Below are positions 38,751 to 50,954 of a stretch of DNA of 64,000 nt, in pieces. The stretch is from Setoptus koraiensis (Eukaryota; Animalia; Arthropoda): contig CM106586.1 of the NCBI GenBank assembly GCA_048013815.1, forward strand, positions 17,112,001-17,176,000, given 5' to 3'. The first letter of the stretch is position 1. Each line of letters opens with the position of its first letter. A model generated the notes under the pieces. That model had not been told where the DNA came from and searched no databases. It saw only the letters and a list, made by a program, of their open reading frames with translations. The position numbers were made by a program, and so were the translations under genes.

Positions 38751-39936
38751 GTCGGATGCCACCGAGCGCGCCGGCCGAGCGTGTCGCACTCGTTGGTCCC
38801 AGCGACGCGGCTCTCCGCGTGTCTCACAGCTTGTGTCGCAAGCGGCGTGCAATTGTGGACTCCAAGAATGGGAGCGCAGACATTTTGGAGCGACTTGGTG
38901 CAGGCCAACAAGTTGTGCACCATTAGTGACGATTCATTACTCATCCGCTGTCGACATTGGCCTGCACCGAGCGCTAATCTACTGCCGCCCGCAGTAGTGC
39001 CCGGCATCTGTTGATTGGTGTGCGCTACAGAGTCCGTGGTGCAGACCGCAAAACTGGCGCACCGTCCATATTTTATATTTTATGCACTGCGCGCATTCCT
39101 AATGCAAATGGTGTGTCGCCGTCGATGTTCGGCGCTCGATGGTCGACGCTCGATGGAGTCGCCCATGAGACTCGCGAGCGATACTTGAAAAGTGCTGCTC
39201 TCAAAGTATTGCTTTGCGGCGACACACGCGCGACCAGCATATTGTGCCACACAAACAGACCTGCGAGGCTCTCAACATTGAGATTCAATGTGAGGAGTGG
39301 CTCTTCTCCGGACGAGCGCCAGCGGCGGAGATTAAAATCGGAGATTATCTCGTGGCGACATCACACAATAATATTTTTATCGAATGACCACTGGCCAAAC
39401 GACAGATAATGCCAATCAGCTAATTTTGTACGCCAATACGCCAATATGCCAATGAGCCGACGACGAGCCGACGAGCCGACGAGCCGATGAGCCAATATGC
39501 CGACCGTGCCAAACATGCTCTCTTGTTGCCCCTGCCGCCGCCATGTATCGTATATCACACACTCGGGCACGTAAATAATTGGAATGGGCCGACTCTTATC
39601 TGGTTTCATCAGTGTCGAAATTACAATAGTGCAATATTTATTATTTTTAATACATGTCATTATTTCCATTTATGTATGGTATCTCATGATGATGGCGAGT
39701 GTTGCCGCCGGCCCATCTCACAGGAAGGAATCATTATTATCTACAACTGATCGACAGCGACAATCAATTCTTCTTTTGTCAATCATGTCAAACAGTGTAC
39801 ATTACATTAAGTTTGTGTGTTGCGCTGTTGTTGTTGTTGTTGTTGTTGTCGTAAACTAGTAGCAACCTGGATTCTGTTTCATCTCCGATATCCGTTCGCC
39901 AGTGTCGACCGATTGTCAATAATGTCCAAGCAACAC

Positions 39937-40034
39937 TTATGACATGCTCGATGGTAGACCCGATGCAACTCTTAGAAACTCCTTCAGCGACTTCTTGAGA
40001 TCGATCTCCGTACTCACAAATGTACGACTGGTTC
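39937..40034 (-). CDS. Probable terminal exon 2 of the orphan gene that starts at 44212
   Basis: aatag|GA ACC AGT CGT... gives (G)TSRTFVSTEIDLKKSLKEFLRVASGLPSSMS*. Phase 1 matches the donor at 42612, and the codon usage is coding-like. Confidence 0.55.
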
Positions 40035-42612
40035 CTATTCAAAACGATGTTTGACCATTTGGGCGATAAGACATAAAGATTGGATAAAGCAGCATTAGTT
40101 GTAATAGTTATAGTGCTTGTAATGTGGTACTAGTATTAAAAACAACCACGAAAAAAATGGAATAGACAAGTGAATATAATGAGACAGAGAGGCTCAACAG
40201 AAAGCGACAAGAGAGAAAAAAATAGGAAATAAACAGAACGCGACCAGACAACACACACATTGAAAACAATTGTTATTGTATTACAAGACTCTGTGTCTTG
40301 TACTTATTATTGTTATCACTGTTTCTAGTGATAGCTGGCTCACTCGATGGCTGGACTGCCTAACGATTGATGTTTGATTTATTCATTGAACGAAATAATA
40401 ATAATCACAAATGGAGCAGCAGTTACCGTTCTGTATAGGTTCAGGTTACCAAAAGTGATTATTTATGAGCGCCAATGTGTCCAACTTGATGTTTTTTCCA
40501 TCATGCCCACGTACATACACGATAACTGTGTGTGTGTGTGTGTGTGTACTGGCCCATGCCTAACCACTTGTTGAGGCTATAAATTAACAGGAGCAACAAG
40601 ACCATGTCAAAATTGGTTATCGTGAATCATCATACGCATAACTACAACTTTCTGATTTACTACAAGCTCATACCTAATATCGACGATATCTACCTATTTG
40701 TATCAGATTGAAACAACCTGAAGACAAACCCAATTCGATTAGGGTTTCAATAGATGCCAGTTGGTGGTCGACAACTTGTTTCTCAATCAAAAGAAACTCG
40801 CACAAACGAAGACATGGAGAGAAAGAGAGCGAGAGTTTCTACCTTTCATCCGACCATTGGCTACGAGATATATCAGAGCAGATATCATTGATACTTGAGC
40901 TCCAAGTGCAAATCATGATATGGATTAGTTTGTATTATCATTAATGGAATTAATTTGAGCACTTACCATCGCTACACACCGACATATACACAGGCAATCA
41001 AAACAGCATAGAGAAGAAAAATCTATGATTTGTTGATCATGTATCGATATCGACTTTGATGGCATTGGTTTTACTGGGTTAACGAATTGACCACTCAAAT
41101 CAATGCATAAAGGTTGATGACCACCTTTATAATGGCCAGCGATAAACCTTTGGTCAGCATCAATGGTCACAACAGCAACAACCGACCACCACAATAAGGG
41201 AATAATCATGAATGCACAAACAGTGCAGGGCAAACATACATGTATTAGCAACAAGAACTGTTTTATACATTACTATGTAGCGCTACAGTCACACAACAAA
41301 CATTTGTTGTGTATAATGACATTTGCTCTCTCGGCTTCCATTATAAATTTGTTGTGTCTATTTGCTATAATGCATTTGCAATTAGTAATTGTGGTAGTTG
41401 ATGTAATGTTAGTTAGTAGACCGGCAAACAAACAATTGATATCTGTGCGTATACAACTATTTCATGGGCTTGTTGTATCGCCGCATCAATTAATGAGATT
41501 TGTAAACTAGCTTCAAGCGTCGATTGAATTATCAGCGCCATGATTATTATCATCAGCTTATCAGTTTTATACTAATATTACATAGGATAAACAAAGATTG
41601 CTTATAATATGTCTAAGCGGCGTCATCGGCAGTAACAACAACAATACTTGCTACTACTTACACATCTACTCGGATATGGTAGGCAGCTGCTCGATGGAAT
41701 CGCACGTAATGATTGGCTCATGGTCATTCCCAACATATATCATCGTAACATGGCAATAGTTGTACATGTGTAATAACAATTCTTGTATATAAATATATAT
41801 ATATACATATGTATATGTATGTATGTATGGCGCATTAGTCATTGTTCAGTGATGATGTCCATTGAATGGGGAAATCAAAGCAACAAGCGAATGATGATAA
41901 CATCAAGATCGATCCATCTTGCAATCGGGTTTGTTGCGTTAAGCATTGGAGCAAAGAAACAAAGTTAATAATGATAAATATCAGACATCATCATCGTCGT
42001 GTTGTTGTAGCGAGGAAATCAACAAAGTACCTGTTGCCACTGCCGTTCATTTGTATTTAGCCCACAATACATAATACCACTTCACTACTGCTGGATTTCT
42101 ACGCCATTTACGCCATATAGGCCATCAGTGGTGTTGGGAACAACTGAATCGTCAAATTTGCTGGCCATACAATTGTGCAATTGTAATAGTTATAATAATA
42201 ATAATAATAACCATAATGATGAGCAGATTTGATTATAAAACGTTCATCATAATCGACTATCATCAGAAACAACAATCAACATCATCATCAAACAAAATCG
42301 CGATAATTGTGATTTGCAGTTGTTGTTGTTTCTATTTGTCTCTCTGATGTTGAGAGCTGCATCGGTGGCTAGAATCATCTGGGCATGTTGTTGGCCAGAG
42401 TTTTCTCACACATTCACACACACACACTCACTCACACCAAACAATAACCGCAACACTGGCGATTTTGACTAGAAAAAGGACCGACAAACTCTACAAATCG
42501 TTACAATGTTTTATATTATGGCATTGCAGTATGTTGTTCCGAAGTACCGATACCGGTATGGCATGCATATAGCGATACGCATAGGCGGTAGTAGCGCTAA
42601 ATCTGGGCTTAC

Positions 42613-44212
42613 CTGTTGTGCCAAACATTTCGTTTAGCAACAAGTCGAGAAAATATTGAAGGAAAACTTTGGCCATTTTAACGAATAACGCATTCCAATC
42701 AGTCTTACTCAGCATCTTGCCAACCATTAAACGTGATTGTCCAGTTAGGGTGGTACTGCCGCCGTTGTCTGACTTTGATGATATTGACGATGATGTGGGC
42801 GATTGGCTCTCTGGCCCGTCTCTGTTGTTCTCGGATGTTTCCATAGACTTTAATTGCTGTTGTTGCATGGACGCTGCCACATTGTGATCTTTGGCCAATA
42901 ATGATGAAGACATCGCGTTATCAACAACACCACCATCACTATAGACAGAGTGCCATTGCTGATTGAGAATACCGCTACCAGCAGCGGCTGCAACATTTGC
43001 CGGATTAGTGGCAACTCCCTCTTGGGTACCGTCACCAGAATTAGCTATGGTTAGGTAATCGTAGGAAGAGGAGGGCATCATCATAGGTTGCGGGTAACGG
43101 GTTATCGATTGGCCATCGAATAACAATGGGCCTAGAGGTAGATTATTGTTGTTGTAATTGAGTGACGACGACGATCGGGCCACTAGTAAATCGTCGCTTG
43201 TTCTGCCGTCATCGCTGCCGTCTCGATGTCCAATCAACATATGATTGTTGGCCTCTTGGTCTCGTGTCGTGGCGGTTGTTGTTTGATTGGCATTACCGTT
43301 AGTGCCACTGTCAGTCTTTGTTGTTGATAGTTTGTTATTGTTGTTGTTGTTGTTGTTATTGGACTTTTTAAACGATCTGACGTCCTTCACTGCTCTCATA
43401 GCGATAGGTATCAGTTTTATGACGGCTCTCATATCTTTGGCTATTTGTTCGGCTTTCAATTCCTCGTCCTCTTCTTCGCGTTTTAGTTCTTGTTGTCTAC
43501 CACCATCACTGCTACCACTATTACTGATACTACTCGGATAAATATATCTCTCTAAAAGTGGCGCAAAATAAGTATCAAATGATTGTTTAGGGCTGATGGC
43601 ATTATTTATATGGCGCAATTTGCTTAATAACGAATGATGCTTTGTTGTTGATTGCTGATTGTCTGTTTGCAGCAGCTCGAGCTGTTGATTGTTGTTGTTG
43701 CCATCATTTAATTGTTGTTGTAAATTTATGTTGGCCTCTTTTGCTTGTTGACCGTTAAACAGATGCATTGTTACAGTTGTCGTTGTTGGCGTGCACTGGA
43801 TTGAGCCAATCAACAAAAGGGCCAATGTCACGACCGATAACAGTGGGCTTAAATGACTCACAGAGGTGTTGTTGTTTCTATTGTGAATTAGGTGACGATC
43901 GTTTGACCATTTCAAGTCGTCACGTTGTGATTTTGTCTCATTTTGATAGCTCAATTTGTTATTGTTTCTAGCGTAAAAATAGTAATGGTGGCGGCGGTGG
44001 TGGTGGTGGCAGCGGTGACGGTGGTTGTAATTGATTGCAACATTTGCAACAACATACGATGGCGTTAATTTGGCACTTTCATTGCATGACACAATATGCG
44101 TTTTACAATTGTCTTGTTGCTCTTCGCTTTGTGATAACTTATTTAATTGCATATTAGACTGTCTGGTTTGTATTTTATTGATGCTGTTATTATGCATTGC
44201 AGCCGGCGACAT
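42613..44212 (-). CDS. Uncharacterised low-complexity secreted or membrane-type protein, exon 1
   Basis: A 1.6-kb ORF with hydrophobic LSPLLSVVTLALLLIGSIQC and helical islands (EQIAKDMRAVIKLIPIAMRAVKDV; WNALFVKMAKVFLQYFLDLLLNEMFGTT). Donor G|gtaagc at 42612. Confidence 0.75.
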
Positions 44213-44930
44213 TGTTGAAGTGGCAGCTAATACTACTACTAGTAATATTATTACTACTCATTCATACGACGTGACATGATTAGCTGGCCAGAGTGTTGTT
44301 GCCCATAAAAGAACCCCACACTCACCATATACTTTTGCTAATCTGACTAAATATCTGGCTCAAATGTTAATGTGAATGAACGAACAATAAGGTAATGATC
44401 GGCGTAATCGATCTAGTTAGAATGAGAGGCACGAATCTAATTATTGTATTGCTCTTATTATTATTATTACTATTATTGCTGCTGCTAATATTGTAGTATC
44501 AAGCGCCGTTAGTTTTGGTGCACCGTTAGTGGTGATAATTACTGAATGTGCAACGACGATGACCAATGGATGAAAGTGGCGACGTCATCATCATTTTCAT
44601 CATCGCCACATTGGACGCACAAAACGGGATCGACGAACGAACACTGGAGAGAGAGGCTAGAGTGGACTTATTTATCTGTCTGTCTAAACAAATAATATTA
44701 ATAATATATAATATTATTATTAATAATAATCAAGATGCTGCTGATGCTGATCATTGACGAGGTCATTCGGACAGGACTTGCAGTTGTTGTTGTTGCTGTT
44801 GTTGTTGCTGTTGTTGGCCGAGGCAATTGTGGCGTGCAACTGGAATACTCACTATGACCCAGCTAAGCTAACAACTGGCCGACATGCTAACGGTAAACAG
44901 GCCGGCCTGGCTGTTTATTCATCTTTTGAC

Positions 44931-45011
44931 ATAATGTATATAATGTATATAGCGTATATAACGTATATAGTGTATATAGTGTATATAATGTATATAATGT
45001 ATATAATGTGT
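44931..45011 (+). repeat. 9-bp tandem repeat (ATAATGTAT variants) x9
   Basis: Read directly. Confidence 0.9.
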
Positions 45012-45044
45012 GTATAATGAGGAGAGGGGCAGAAAGGAGAAGAA

Positions 45045-45073
45045 GAAGAAGACTCAATTAGTGAGTCTTCTTC
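45045..45073. other. Perfect 12-bp inverted repeat with a 5-nt loop
   Basis: gaagaagactca-attag-tgagtcttcttc. Confidence 0.85.
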
Positions 45074-46046
45074 AGTTAGCAGCAAGACGGAGCAGGCCCG
45101 GCGAGTAGACCGAGTTTAAGCTCGACGTTGCGGAGCTTTAATCGTCGTCATCATCAATTCCAATAGATATTTATGTATTCAAGCTGGCTGCAATTAAGCC
45201 ACCAACGACAGGCCGAATCATGTAACAACAATTGAGTCCATCTCCAGGTAGAAAGTGTTTACGTTTCTCCGCATCACTGCCAAACAACCGCTTGCCTGGC
45301 CAACCAGCCAGCCAGCCAGCCAGCAGCCAGTCAGTCGGCCAGCCAGCCAATTCTGGCTAGCCGAAACAACTGACATAGGGCAACTGGAGCAAACAAGTGT
45401 CTCAGCCGACTTTCTCCAGCGGCAACAGCATCAGCAGCAGCATGTTATATAATAATACCGTTGCAAATACTCAACAACTTACAAGCGTAATAACATGCAG
45501 TATAAACACAGTACAACAAGTGTAACCATGCAGTTGCACCCGTTGTATTGCGCTGCCTACCTACACTGTAACCTTAACCGTTATTTGTGATCGAGGTGTG
45601 ACTTTTGGCCGCTCTCGTTGCTTGGCCTGGCCCCCTACCAATGCTGCGGGATGCCACGCCGACTAGCTCGCCAAGGAGCAATGACATTAGCAGCCTGGGC
45701 CCGTCTCTGCTCCGATGGCCAGCAACGGCGACGCGACAACTGTCAACAGGCTGATTAATTAAGCGTGTCATGTCGTCATCTTGTGGCGCTTTGTGTGTGT
45801 TTCATAATAAAACACGTCGTAACATATGAGCGTCGATGGTATGCAAATAAGCGGTGGTCAGTTTTGCAGCGTCCGCTGGCCGCCATTGAGTGTGATTGGC
45901 TGCGTTTGGCGCGTTGAGTCTGCCAAGTGGCCGGCGAGTGGCCACTGGCTGCCAGTTCGGCCAGCGAAGTGCAACTTGGCAAAGTGTTGATTCCAATGAA
46001 AATTGCATCCATACTTTTATTTGCGAATATCGGCTCGAAGAGTGCC

Positions 46047-46113
46047 GGCCCGACGAGCGTTGGCCCGACGAGCGTTGGCCCGACGAGCGTTGGCCCGACG
46101 AGCGTTGGCCCGA
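46047..46113 (+). repeat. 15-bp perfect tandem repeat (GGCCCGACGAGCGTT) x4.5
   Basis: Read directly. Confidence 0.92.
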
Positions 46114-47154
46114 GAACAAGTGGTCTCGCTTGCTGCTCGCACTGCATGTTGCGTAAGCGAATTGCCGGCCGCAAGCTATCAGCAGAAGGCATTAAAACTA
46201 ATTGAATATTTGCATTTGATTTGCGTTATTTATTTCGGCCAGACTCGACTGGACTCGTAAGTGTGCGAGCTGTGAGTGCGCTCTTTGCATCTCCACTCTG
46301 GTTGCGTCCACCACTGCATCGTCGGCGGCATCGTCGGCCGCAACTGGACGAGATTTTGATGTTGAGAAATCTCTTGAGCATCTCGTTTGTGTGTTGCCAC
46401 AACAACAGCCAGTTAACTCAGGCAATGTTACATGTTATGTAATGTTGGATACATTAAACGCAGACGGAAAGCCGTAAAAGTGCGCCGAGATTGCGGTTTG
46501 TTGCCTTCGTTGGCTAATTATCATAACTTTACACACATTTAGACACACTCGTCATGTCGATGGCCAATACCGCCGAGCGCTGGCGATATTTCTTCGGCCC
46601 GTTTAGCCTGTTGTGGCGGCGGCGGCGGCGGCCATGAATCACTCGCATTATACAAGTTGTATACCACTTATTAGTGATGCGTTACGCTCACTAGGCGGCT
46701 AGTCAAACAGCGCTGATGAGTGAATTATTGTCTCTCCGTCTTTATTTTTATGTCCAGCCAGGTGTAGGCCATGAAAAACAACTTTACAACAAGGCCGGCA
46801 GCAGCCACCACTCGGCGCGGACACACGGCCACTGCGGGCCGGCACCGGCCGACTCCGGCCAACTCTGGCCATTTCGGTCTCGCAAGCATTTTGGTCTCGC
46901 AAGCACTTTGGTCTGGGCAAAGTGACGCACGCCGGCGCAAGAGCGCCGTCGATCGGATCTGGGCCCGCGGACGCCGTCGTCGGGCGCCGTCGTCGCAGTC
47001 GGACGTGGGAGCGGCGCGCCACACTAATTAGCCCGGATTAGCCGCGATGATGCAGCGCAGCTCGCACAATCACGCTCGTCAGAATCACTCATCGAGCTCG
47101 GGCCGGCCGACAACGCGGCCAGCGCCGCCAACAGATGCTGTGGGTGGCGGCGCT

Positions 47155-47194
47155 GCTAGTTACGCAACACAACATCCCGTGTTGCGTAACTAGC
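47155..47194. other. Perfect 16-bp inverted repeat with an 8-nt loop (hairpin/cruciform)
   Basis: gctagttacgcaacac-aacatccc-gtgttgcgtaactagc. Confidence 0.9.
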
Positions 47195-48261
47195 GCCTAA
47201 TGTAACTGACAAGAGTGAGTGCCGCATGGTTATATCAACCCGATATTATCACCACTATATAGTCACTTGGCGATTCCGTTCATTCCGGCACGGTCGCTCA
47301 TTGCGTCCCGTCGGCGTCTCTCGCCGGCCCGCCACCGCCGATGAGGCGCACCCCTGCCGGCCGCTTCTGGCTATACCGTCCGTCCGTCTATTAATGGTGC
47401 GCAGTCCGTACCATCACAAAACCGCTGACAGTTTTGTAACTCGAACCGCCCGCACCGCGTCGAGTGGCCCGGTCGACGGGCCGGTATTGCAAATTTGCCC
47501 GCAGTTGGTCAGTTTTGCAACAATTAAAACGGCCTGTGTGAGCGCCGCTGTGTACCGCCGCCGCTTGCCATGATGCACAAACAGGCCGCTGACAGTGATT
47601 GACCGTGACTTTCGTTTCATTAGGCGCACATTGCGCCGTTTGTCCGCTCCGAACATTTCGGCCGCTGACCAGCGGAAATGTTCTCTTGGTCGGCCTGGCC
47701 GCTGCTTGCGGCCGCCGTGGCCGCAATCAGCACACAAGGCGACTAAGCCGGCCATTCGGCCGGCCCGGCCAGTGGCCGAGATTGTCCTACGGCGAGCAGT
47801 AAATGAGCGAGCGATAAAGTTTGCATGCGGCCACTTGCAAACTGTCGAGACGCTCATGCTGCCGCACCGGCGGCTGAGCGGCACCGGCGCTGCGACGGCC
47901 GACAGAGGGCAAACTGGAGCGATCACAACACCGAATAATTGCCGTAAGAGCGCGCGCAACAAGTGGTCCGCTATACATAGATATATGTACGCTCCACAAT
48001 GCAGAGTGTGCATATATCTATGTATGGCTGCCACTGTAGGTGCCGGCATAATGGGCGAGCGGCCGACAGGTGAGCTCGGGACGGCACCGCGGCTGTCGGG
48101 CTACGAGCGAGCCATGACTCACGGGCTACGAGCGAGCGCCGGCGAGCGCCGGCCAGTTCAGTGCCACAGGTGAGATGAGCATCGAGCTGAAATCGCTCGT
48201 GCGTCCGTGCCCGCGCCCGTGTCCAGTCATGAGCTTGCGATTTAGTTGCCGGCACACAGCC

Positions 48262-48340
48262 CAGGTAACTCGGCAGCTTCGAACAGGTAACTCGGCAGCT
48301 TCGAACAGGTAACTCGGCAGGTTCGGACAGGTAACTCGGC
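48262..48340 (+). repeat. 22-bp tandem repeat (CAGGTAACTCGGCAGCTTCGAA) x3.6
   Basis: Read directly; each unit starts with CAGGTAA. Confidence 0.92.
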
Positions 48341-50916
48341 GGGCTCGCACAGGCAACGGGCAAACACAACGGAGCCCCGCAATAAAATGACAGCACAACG
48401 GCGGCCAGATTGAGCGCGGTCGCTCGCACGATGCGAGCATGATTCGAGCGACCCGTCCGAACGGTATCTGTGGCCGTTTTAATGAGCCCGCAAGTTTTAG
48501 GCCACAAGTGAAATCTTTGTGCTGCCCTGGCGCTGGCACGCCGCCGAGACTCGCCAGGCGATGCGATCGCGCTCAAGACGACAGCAAATCACAGCGCCGG
48601 TCATGATATATCGTGATGCAAAACTTACTCTCGCTGTCACAATGTGCCCATGTCGTGGCTTACCTGTCGTCGCGCCGACTCGATTTGACTGATGCCTCTC
48701 AAGCCGCTGGCATGGCGTGTAGGCGATCGCACATTTTAACATTTTAATGGCCAGAATGCATTAGACTGACGGACGCAGCAAACAAACAAACAGACGGCCC
48801 GGCCGGCTAATTGGCCGCGACGGCCGCTCATCAGGTGCGTACATCAATTAGAGCGGCGCGCAATTATTGCTTGCATTGGTGGGCGCATTGGTCACGGGCC
48901 GGCGCGCTACATCCGCGGGTGCCCATGTGCGGTTTGTGCGGTTTGTGCGGCTCGTGCGGTTTGTGCGGCTCGGTCGGTTTGTGCGGCTCGGTCGGTCTGT
49001 CGGTTGTGCCGGATGGAGGCGCGCAGAGGCGGGTAGCGGTGCGGACCGGCTCTGTGGCACGCCGGTTGATGGGCACGTGTGACCACAACCGACAGATCGC
49101 TTGTCGCGATAAACACACACACGGGCCGACGAGCGACAAATTGGCCAATCCATCAATCAGATCTCTCGCTCGGCCGATCGCGGCTGACCGCGGCTGATCG
49201 CGGCTGGCGTCTCCGCTGGCAGCTCCACCTTGCCGGCAGTCCGACGAGGCTGGTCGGCCGACGACCAGCAGCGAGAGCGGCAAACGAGAGCGCTCGCCAT
49301 AAAAAGTAACGGGCACGCAGACGACGTCGGGCGGTGATCTATGGCTGTGCGAGTATCTGGCGCAACTAACGACGCGAGTGACTGCCAGCGATCGCAAGTA
49401 ATACGACATGTTTAATGGCTCCGAGCGGCGAGCCGCATCAACTGTTGACAGCAATCGAAATTGCGAGCGTACCGTCGGGCCATCGGGCGATTGGGCGCGC
49501 GGATGCCGCAAATACCGGCCGCCGTATTGGCAACGCCATCACAATGCAAGCGCAATCGTGCGCCACCCACGACTGTTTGTTTGTCTCATTGTTTGTCGTG
49601 TTTTTTCTGCGCTGTGCCAGTTGTCTCCGCGACGATGGGCTCCCCTCTCATTATATCTGTTTGTTTGTTTATTTATACACACGAGAGCCACTTGACTCGG
49701 CGCAAGCACTCACCTGAGCCGCTTTCAATTGCGCTCCGATCGCGCTTCGGTCGGGCTTCGGTCGGGCTTCGGTTTGGCTTCGATTTGGCTTCGATCGGGC
49801 GCTTGCTAGCGGCAAAAAGCGACGGCTGCAAAAAGTTGCACTGTTCGCGGGCGCAAGCGTCTCCCCGCGACTCGACAGTATCGAGACGCTCGTTCGCGAG
49901 CCTTGCGCCGCTCGATTGTTTGTTTGATACTCGCCCGTCGACGCTGAATCTCGCCCGTTGAATCAACAAGTATCAACAGTGTTGATACTCGCCCGAGCGG
50001 CCGCCATGAATGGCAGCCACTCGGGCGGCCGCAATCACCTGCACAGCGCCACCACAATGGACAACAATGCTCTCGTCGACTCTCTCCTCTCGACAATGTC
50101 GTGTGTGTGGCCCAACGGACGGCCGATCGCATCACCGACCGGGCCCGCTGCACAGATTGTTTGTCTGCCTGCTCGTCGAATTCGAACGGCGCTGTCGCAG
50201 AATTCGAACGCCGCTGTCGTCGCATTCGAACGCGGCTCGAACGGTGCGCCGCCACTAGAAGCGGCCCGGTCGGCGCGATCCAATTGCCAATCGCCAATCG
50301 CCAATTGCCAATTGCCAATTGGCAAATTGCGAATCGAGTGCGTTCATGTCGAGTTCGCGACTGGCGCGACTGATCAACTGAAACCGCAAACTGATAAACT
50401 GAAATGGCAAACTGATAAACTGCAAACCGATCAGTCGGGCCACTAATGAGCGCGCGCCATTGTTCGCGCACTGTTTGCACAGAGGCGTGCGCGTGCTCAT
50501 CAATGGGCCCGCAATTGTCAGCCGATCCGGCGGCCACTCTGGCGGCCGGCCCGGCGACCACTCGGGCGGCCACTCGGGCGGCCACTCGGGCGACCAATTG
50601 AATGGGGGTGGCCCGTTGTGGCCACTTTCGAGCACAGTTCGCGAGCCAAACAAGTGCCAAACAACGGCTCGTGTGGGTTCTCGGCCACTCGGACACTCGG
50701 CCAATTTGCCACTTGGCCGCCGACCGGCCGACGGGCCGACGGGCTGGGTGGCAGAGCCAACGGAATTGGGGGCGCGAATCCCGTTGGCCGGCTCGTCGGC
50801 CGGTCGGTCAATTCAGTTCGTCGGTCCGGCTCGCTAGGTTGGCCGGTTGGTTTGGCGCGGTGCGGTGCGTCGGCCGAGCGCCGCAGCCCGGCTGGTGCTC
50901 CCCGGCGCTGGGCCAA

Positions 50917-50954
50917 CTTTACGAGCTGCCTTTACGAGCTGCCTTTACGAGCTG
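50917..50954 (+). repeat. 13-bp tandem repeat (CTTTACGAGCTGC) x3
   Basis: Read directly. Confidence 0.9.
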
